Source: Malacoraja senta
Taxonomy: Eukaryota
NCBI GenBank assembly: GCA_038087875.1
Contig: JAXLNO010000198.1
Coordinates: 1 to 52,842, forward strand
Direction: 5' to 3'
Length of the DNA: 52,842 nt
The notes below the pieces were generated by a model. That model saw only the letters and a list, made by a program, of their open reading frames with translations, ran no database searches and was not told the DNA's origin. A program made the position numbers and the translations under genes. This document shows, piece after piece, positions 47,514-52,842 of this stretch. How positions within the stretch are numbered: position 1 is the first letter of the stretch; each line of letters starts with the position of its first letter.

Positions 47514-47802
47514 TAGAAATGATAGAAAGGATAGAAAGGATAGAGAGGATAGAGAGGATAGAGAGGATAGAGAGGAAGAGAGGATAGAGAGGATAGAGGA
47601 GGATAGAGAGGATAGAGAGGATAGAGAGGATAGAGAGGATAGAGAGGAGAGAGGAGAGAGAGAAGAGAGAAGAGAGAAGAGAGAAGAGAGAAGAGAGAAG
47701 AGAGAAGAGAGAAGAGAGAAGAGAGAAGAGAGAAGAGAGAAGAGAGAAGAGAGAAGATAGAAGATAGAAGATAGAAGATAGAAGATAGAAGATAGAAGAT
47801 AG

Positions 47803-47866
<64 letters not shown>
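47514..47866. repeat. Compound purine-rich microsatellite (GATAGAGAG)n - (GAGAA)n - (AGAAGAT)n - (GATA)n
   Basis: Direct reading. Confidence 0.95.
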
Positions 47867-47867
<1 letters not shown>

Positions 47868-47924
47868 TCTTAATTAGTACGGGTGTCAGAGGTAATGGGA
47901 GAATTTACCCTGACTAGTGTCAGT

Positions 47925-48432
47925 AATTTTACATCAATGTACCTGGACTTTCAGAAAGCATTTGATAAGGTCCAACATAGGAGATTAGTGGGCAAAATTA
48001 GAGCACATGGTATTGGGGGTAGAGTGCTAACATGGATAGAAAATTGGTTGGCAGCCAGGAAACAAAAGTAGGGATTAATGGGTCCCTCTCAGAATAGCAG
48101 GCAGTGACTAGTGGGGTACCGCAAGGCTCAGTGATGGGACCGCAGCTATTTACAAGATACATCAATGATTTGGATGAAGGGATTCAAAGTAACATTAGAA
48201 AATTTTGCAGATGACACAAAGCTGCGTGGCAGGGTGAACTGTGAGGAGGATGCTATGAGAATGCATGGTGTCTTGGACAAGTTGGGTGAGTGGGCAGATG
48301 CATGGCAGATGCAGTTTAATGTGAGGTTATCCACTTTGGTAGCAAAAAAGGGAAGGCAGATTATAATCTGAATGGTGTCAAATTGGGAAAAGGGGAAGTA
48401 CAACGGAATCTGGGGATCCTTGTTCATTAGTC
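47925..48432 (+). mobile_element. CR1 RT fragment
   Basis: YLDFQKAFDKV, WIENWL, FADDTKL, WQMQFNV. Confidence 0.88.
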
Positions 48433-48849
48433 AAGGCTAGCATTGATTCATTATTATATGGAGTTATGTGCCCTGTCCTTGATTTTAGAAATGTGTTGCA
48501 TGTGTTGTCAGTTATAACAGATTAGGCACCAAGCATCTTCTTTTAAACAATGCTTTCTCATAAAAAATATATATTGTTGTTAGTAGAGAGCTAGAGACTA
48601 CTTACAAAGTTTCTACTTCTCAAATTCCTGTTGGAAAATGACTGAAGGATTAATTTCTTAACTTTTTGTTAAATAAAGTGTTAACTCTTTCATTCCCTCC
48701 TTTTATCATTATATGATCACCTTCACAGTCCTCGGTATCTACACATTGGCTGCAAGCAATTAATAATAAGAATTAAAGCAATGATCAGCAAAAAGGTAGA
48801 TCTGTAATGTATCACAATACCCCAAACTCCACTAAACCAATGGTAAGGC

Positions 48850-50325
48850 CACCAATTGGCGCGGCCGGGTCCAGTCGCCGTCGGGTAGCTCCGCGGAGAC
48901 TGTGCGTATTTTTAACTTGTATGTTCATTTAAAATTCATTTTTAGGTACTAACACTCTAGCACTAACACCGTACGACTGGGAAACTCGTAAAACTAAACT
49001 TTAACGTAACTGGAGACTTTTTAAACACTGTACTCACCGATCCAGCGTGGCCAGCAGAGATCAGCAGAGCGCACCGCGGCAACAACAATGTGAGCGTGGC
49101 TCCGGGAAAAAGCCGTAGAAAACATCAGGGTAAGCGGGGGTGGATTCGGAATAGGCTGAGAGCCCAAGCCTTCCGTCCACCTCTGCCCAGCATTCTTCTG
49201 GCGAACGTCCAGTCCCTGGAGAACAAGCTGGATGACCTCAGGGCGAAGATCAGATTCCAGCGAGACATAAGAGAATGCAACATCTTCTGTCTGACCGAGA
49301 CATGGCTGACCTCGCTGGTGCCGGATCAGGTAATCTGCCCAACCGAGTCCTTCACTGTTTACCGTGCCGACAGAACAGAAGAATCTGGGAAATCCAAGGG
49401 TGGAGGAGTCTGCTTCATGACTGGTGCAACCTGGCAATATTAGGATGCTTTCTCGTTCCTGCTCACCGGACCTGGAGCTTCTGACGATCTCATGCCGCCC
49501 ATTCTACCTTCCCCGTGAGTTCAGCTCAGTGATAATCACAGCCATCTACATTCCACCGCATGCGGACATTGACGTGGCACTATTGGCCATACACGATGTG
49601 CTTTGTCGACACCAAAACAAAAACTCTGATGCGGCTATGGTGGTGGCTGGAGATTTTAATAAATCAAATCTCAAAAAGGTCATGCCTAACTTCTGCTAAC
49701 ACATCACGTGTGCCACCAGCGGGGAAGAACTTTGGACCACTGCTATACGCCATTCAGGAAAGGCTACAAGGCCATTTCACTTTTGGAAAATCTGACCACG
49801 CTGCCATTTTCCTGCTGCCGGAGTATAAACAACAGATAGTACGGGAAGCGGCAGTGACGAGAGACGTAAAGTGGTGGTCCGACCAGTCAGAGGCCATGCT
49901 ACAGGATGCACTAACCGATGTCGACTGGAATATGTTCCAAGCAAGTTCCAGTGATGTCAGTGAGTTCGCGGAAGCGGTCACGGACTTCATTGCAACAATA
50001 GCCGATAACATCGCCCCTACGGTGTGGGTTAGCATTTTTCCTAATCAAAAACCTTGGGTGGACAGGTCCATTCGCGTTGCCTTGAATGCTCGCACCGCTG
50101 CTTACAACTCTGGCCTGGCATCCGGAAATATGGACGTCTACAAGGTAGAGTCATACCGATTGCGAAGGGCGGTGAAGGACCCAAAAGGAGGTATAGGGAC
50201 AGGATGGAGTCGCAGATGGAGCAGCAGGACACCAGACGCCTTTGGCAGAGGCTACACACTATAACTAACTACCGGAGCAGCCCCCCCCCCCCACTCAACC
50301 GGAAGTGCCGGCACCTCCCTAGCTG
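48850..50325 (+). mobile_element. Rex1/Babar-type LINE 5' part (5'UTR plus APE endonuclease), 3'-deleted
   Basis: RPPLPSILLANVQSLENK, FCLTETWL, GKSKGGGVCF, CRPFYLPREF, AIYIPP, AGDFN, PNQKPW. Confidence 0.85.
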
Positions 50326-50496
50326 ATGGGAATAGTCAAGTCAAGTTTATTTGTCACATACACACACAAGATGTGCAGTGAAATGGGAATAGTCAAGTCA
50401 AGTATTTATTGGTATAAGGGGATTGCTTGTTATACTCAACCTTCCTGCCTAGTACAAACGGGGATATGTACCATCCTTTTAAATTGTTATACTTAA

Positions 50497-51380
50497 GGGT
50501 GTGTGGGCGGGAGGGGTTATGTGGGGAGGGGTGTGTGGGGCGGGGGGGTGAGCAGGGGATGGGTTTGTGGGTGCGGGGGGTGGGAGGGAGGAGTGGGGGG
50601 CAGGAGGAGTTGCAGGGGGAGGGGAGGTTGTAGGTGGGAGGGGTGTTGAGGTGGGGGGGTTGTGGGGGGAGGGGTGTTGAGGTGGGGCATTGTGGGGGAG
50701 GAGGGGTCTGGGCAGGGGGTGATGTGGGGGAGGGGAGGAGTGTGCTGGGGGGTTGTGGGGGGAGAGGGGTGTGGGAGGGAGTGAGGTGTGTGGGAGGGGG
50801 AGAGAGAGCTCGGAGAAAAGATGGGGGAAGAGCAATGGGGAGAGGGGGGTATCATGGGGGAGGGGGGCAGGAGTCAGCGAGGGGGACCAGAAGGGAAGGA
50901 GCTGGAGCTGGCGGTGCGATGGGGACTCACAGCAGGCGCTGGTCGCTGGTCGTTCTCCTCTGCCGGGATCAGAGTCTCTGCTTTCCGTTTGGAGACATCA
51001 CTGACTACACACCACGCCGCTTCCAGTCCCTCTGAAAATTGTGTCCGGTTGGACACCTCTGCCGGCCACCTAAGCTCCAATAAAGATGCAGTGGAGCAGG
51101 AAGGGGCGGACCTGCCCGGGGAGTGATAGGAGAAGAGACCAATCCGCGCGGCACTGACTGGCAGAGGAAATTCATCTGCGCGATCGCTGTTTTTAAGATT
51201 TTTAAACCTTTCTAACTTTTGCATTATACCACCGATCGGAACAAAACTTTATGCACTCGCAGTACAGGAGCATGGTGAGTGAGCTGGCAAAAAAATCGTA
51301 GTGCTGTCGCATACCGTATTTGCGCAAATAGAAAGACCACGCAAACCGGAAGAGCACAAGATCAGAGTTTTAATTATGTA
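50497..51380 (-). mobile_element. Non-autonomous Helitron-like element, family B, 3'-truncated
   Basis: 5' module homologous to the other B copies; G-rich low-complexity tract 50497-50860. Confidence 0.65.
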
Positions 51381-52842
51381 CTAGACCAAGTGCAGACCCG
51401 TTGGGTCTGGACACCGAACGTGCGTTTGGGGCGGGGGGCTGTGACGTCACACTAACCACCCGTTGGGTCTGTACCTCCAAAGCAGGGTTGCGGGGTGTGA
51501 ATCTGGCACCCACAAACACACACACTCATCACACCCCTTGATATTATATTAATATTTTAATTTTCTTCTTTTATTCCATCTCCACCCTATCCACTGACGA
51601 ATAGCCCTCACCTCTCAGGTACGTCTCGAGGGGGAGGTGGTGCAGAGAGAGAAAATTTAATGTTAGAAAAAAAAATTGTGAGGTGGGGGAGGAGGAGGGT
51701 TGAGAGGAAGGGGGGTGAGGAAGGTGGGGAGGAGAGGGTGAGAGAGGAGAGGGGTGGAGAGAGGAAGAAGTGGATGGGGAGAGAGGTGAAGGGGGTGGGT
51801 TGGAGCAGGCGTGCATGAGGAGTCGCGGGCTGTGAAGAGAGAAGGGCAGAGAGAGAGAGAGAGGGGAGAGACAGATAGACTGGTACACACAATAAAACTC
51901 GAGAAACACTGCGGGTGCAGCAGCATCTATGGAGTGAAGGAAATAGGCAATGCTTTTGGCGGAAACCCATCCTCAGACGGGTTTTCACGAAACGTTGTCT
52001 ATTTCTTTTGATATATAGATGCTGTTGCACCCGCTGAGGTTATGAAGCATTTTTTTGTGTACCTTTGATTTTCAAGCATCTGCAGTTCTGTCTTAAAGAC
52101 AGAGAGACTGTTGGCGGGCTCTTTTCCCAACGCGCGTTTGCGGGAGGGGGGGGGCTGCGGCATCACACTCACACTAACCACCCCCCAAACACAGGCGGGG
52201 GAGGGGTGGAGAGGAAGACGGGGTGGGGAGAGAAGAGGAGGGAGAGGGAGACGGGGTGGGGAGAGAAGAGGAGAGGGGGAGGGAGGGGAGAGGGGGAGGA
52301 GGAAAGGGGAGAAATTGGTGAGGGAGAAGAGAGCAGGGTGGGGGAGAGGGAGGGGGAGGAGAGTGTAGGGAGCGGGGAGGGCAGGAAGGGGGAGAGGGGG
52401 GGAGGGGGATGTGAGGTGGAGAGAGGGGATGAGGGGAAGTGGAGAGGAGTAGGGGGAGAAAGAGGGAGAGAAGGAGGGGGGAGGGATAGAGGTGGGGGAG
52501 GGAGAGTGGAAGAGTGGGGAGTGAGAGAGAAGGGAAGGGGGGAGGGGTGGGGGAGGGGGTTGTGGAGGGAGATGGGGATGGGTTTGGGAGTTAAGTGGAA
52601 GAATGGGGAGGGAGATGGAGAGGTGTAGGGGGAGGGGTGGAAGTGGGAGAGAGGGAGGGGGAGGGGGTAGGGGGAGTGGTTGAAGAGGGATAGCGGGGTA
52701 GGGGGAAGGGGATGGGGTGAGAGAGGGAAGGGGATGTGGGAGAGAGTATTGGGGGTGGGAGGAGGAGGGGGATGAGAGGGAGAGGGGTGTGGTGGGGTGT
52801 GTAGAGGTGGGAGGGAGAGGGGGTAAGGCGGGTTCGGGACTC
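51381..52842 (-). mobile_element. Helitron-like element (family D), 3' part, running off the right edge
   Basis: The minus strand ends CAGACCC-AAC-GGGTCTG-CACTTGGT-CTAG (51381-51409); reiterated subterminal units; G/A-rich tract 52190-52842. Confidence 0.55.
51884..52096. mobile_element. Inverted pair of Penelope-type terminal fragments
   Basis: GCGGGTGCAGCAGCATCTAT..GAAATAGGCAA on the left is complementary to TTGTCTATTTC..ATAGATGCTGTTGCACCCGC on the right. Confidence 0.65.

Overview
Repeat-dominated, apparently intergenic or intronic vertebrate genomic DNA with one 200-N scaffold gap (23714-23913). The repeat content points to a cartilaginous fish, probably a skate or ray (inference): HE1-type V-SINEs, CR1/HER1-type LINEs and Penelope-type tails. 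No host protein-coding exon is supportable. The window holds the following: a full-length CR1 LINE (8970-20503) carrying five nested insertions; two complete DIRS1-type tyrosine-recombinase retroelements, both inserted at ATT inside CR1 copies; Tx1, L1 and Rex1/Babar-type LINE fragments; at least seven non-autonomous Helitron-like segments, three joined head-to-tail; two TAG...CTA non-autonomous DNA transposons; and several mini- and microsatellites. Most notable are (1) a 143-bp TSD-flanked retroposon whose first 54 nt fold into a CPEB3-like, P4-less HDV-type ribozyme, (2) in-frame splice sites shared by both DIRS elements that would give a Gag-recombinase fusion, (3) stereotyped Helitron 3'-5' junctions and (4) a hammerhead motif at the 5' end of a Penelope-type insertion. 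All calls were made by eye, so family names and boundaries are approximate.
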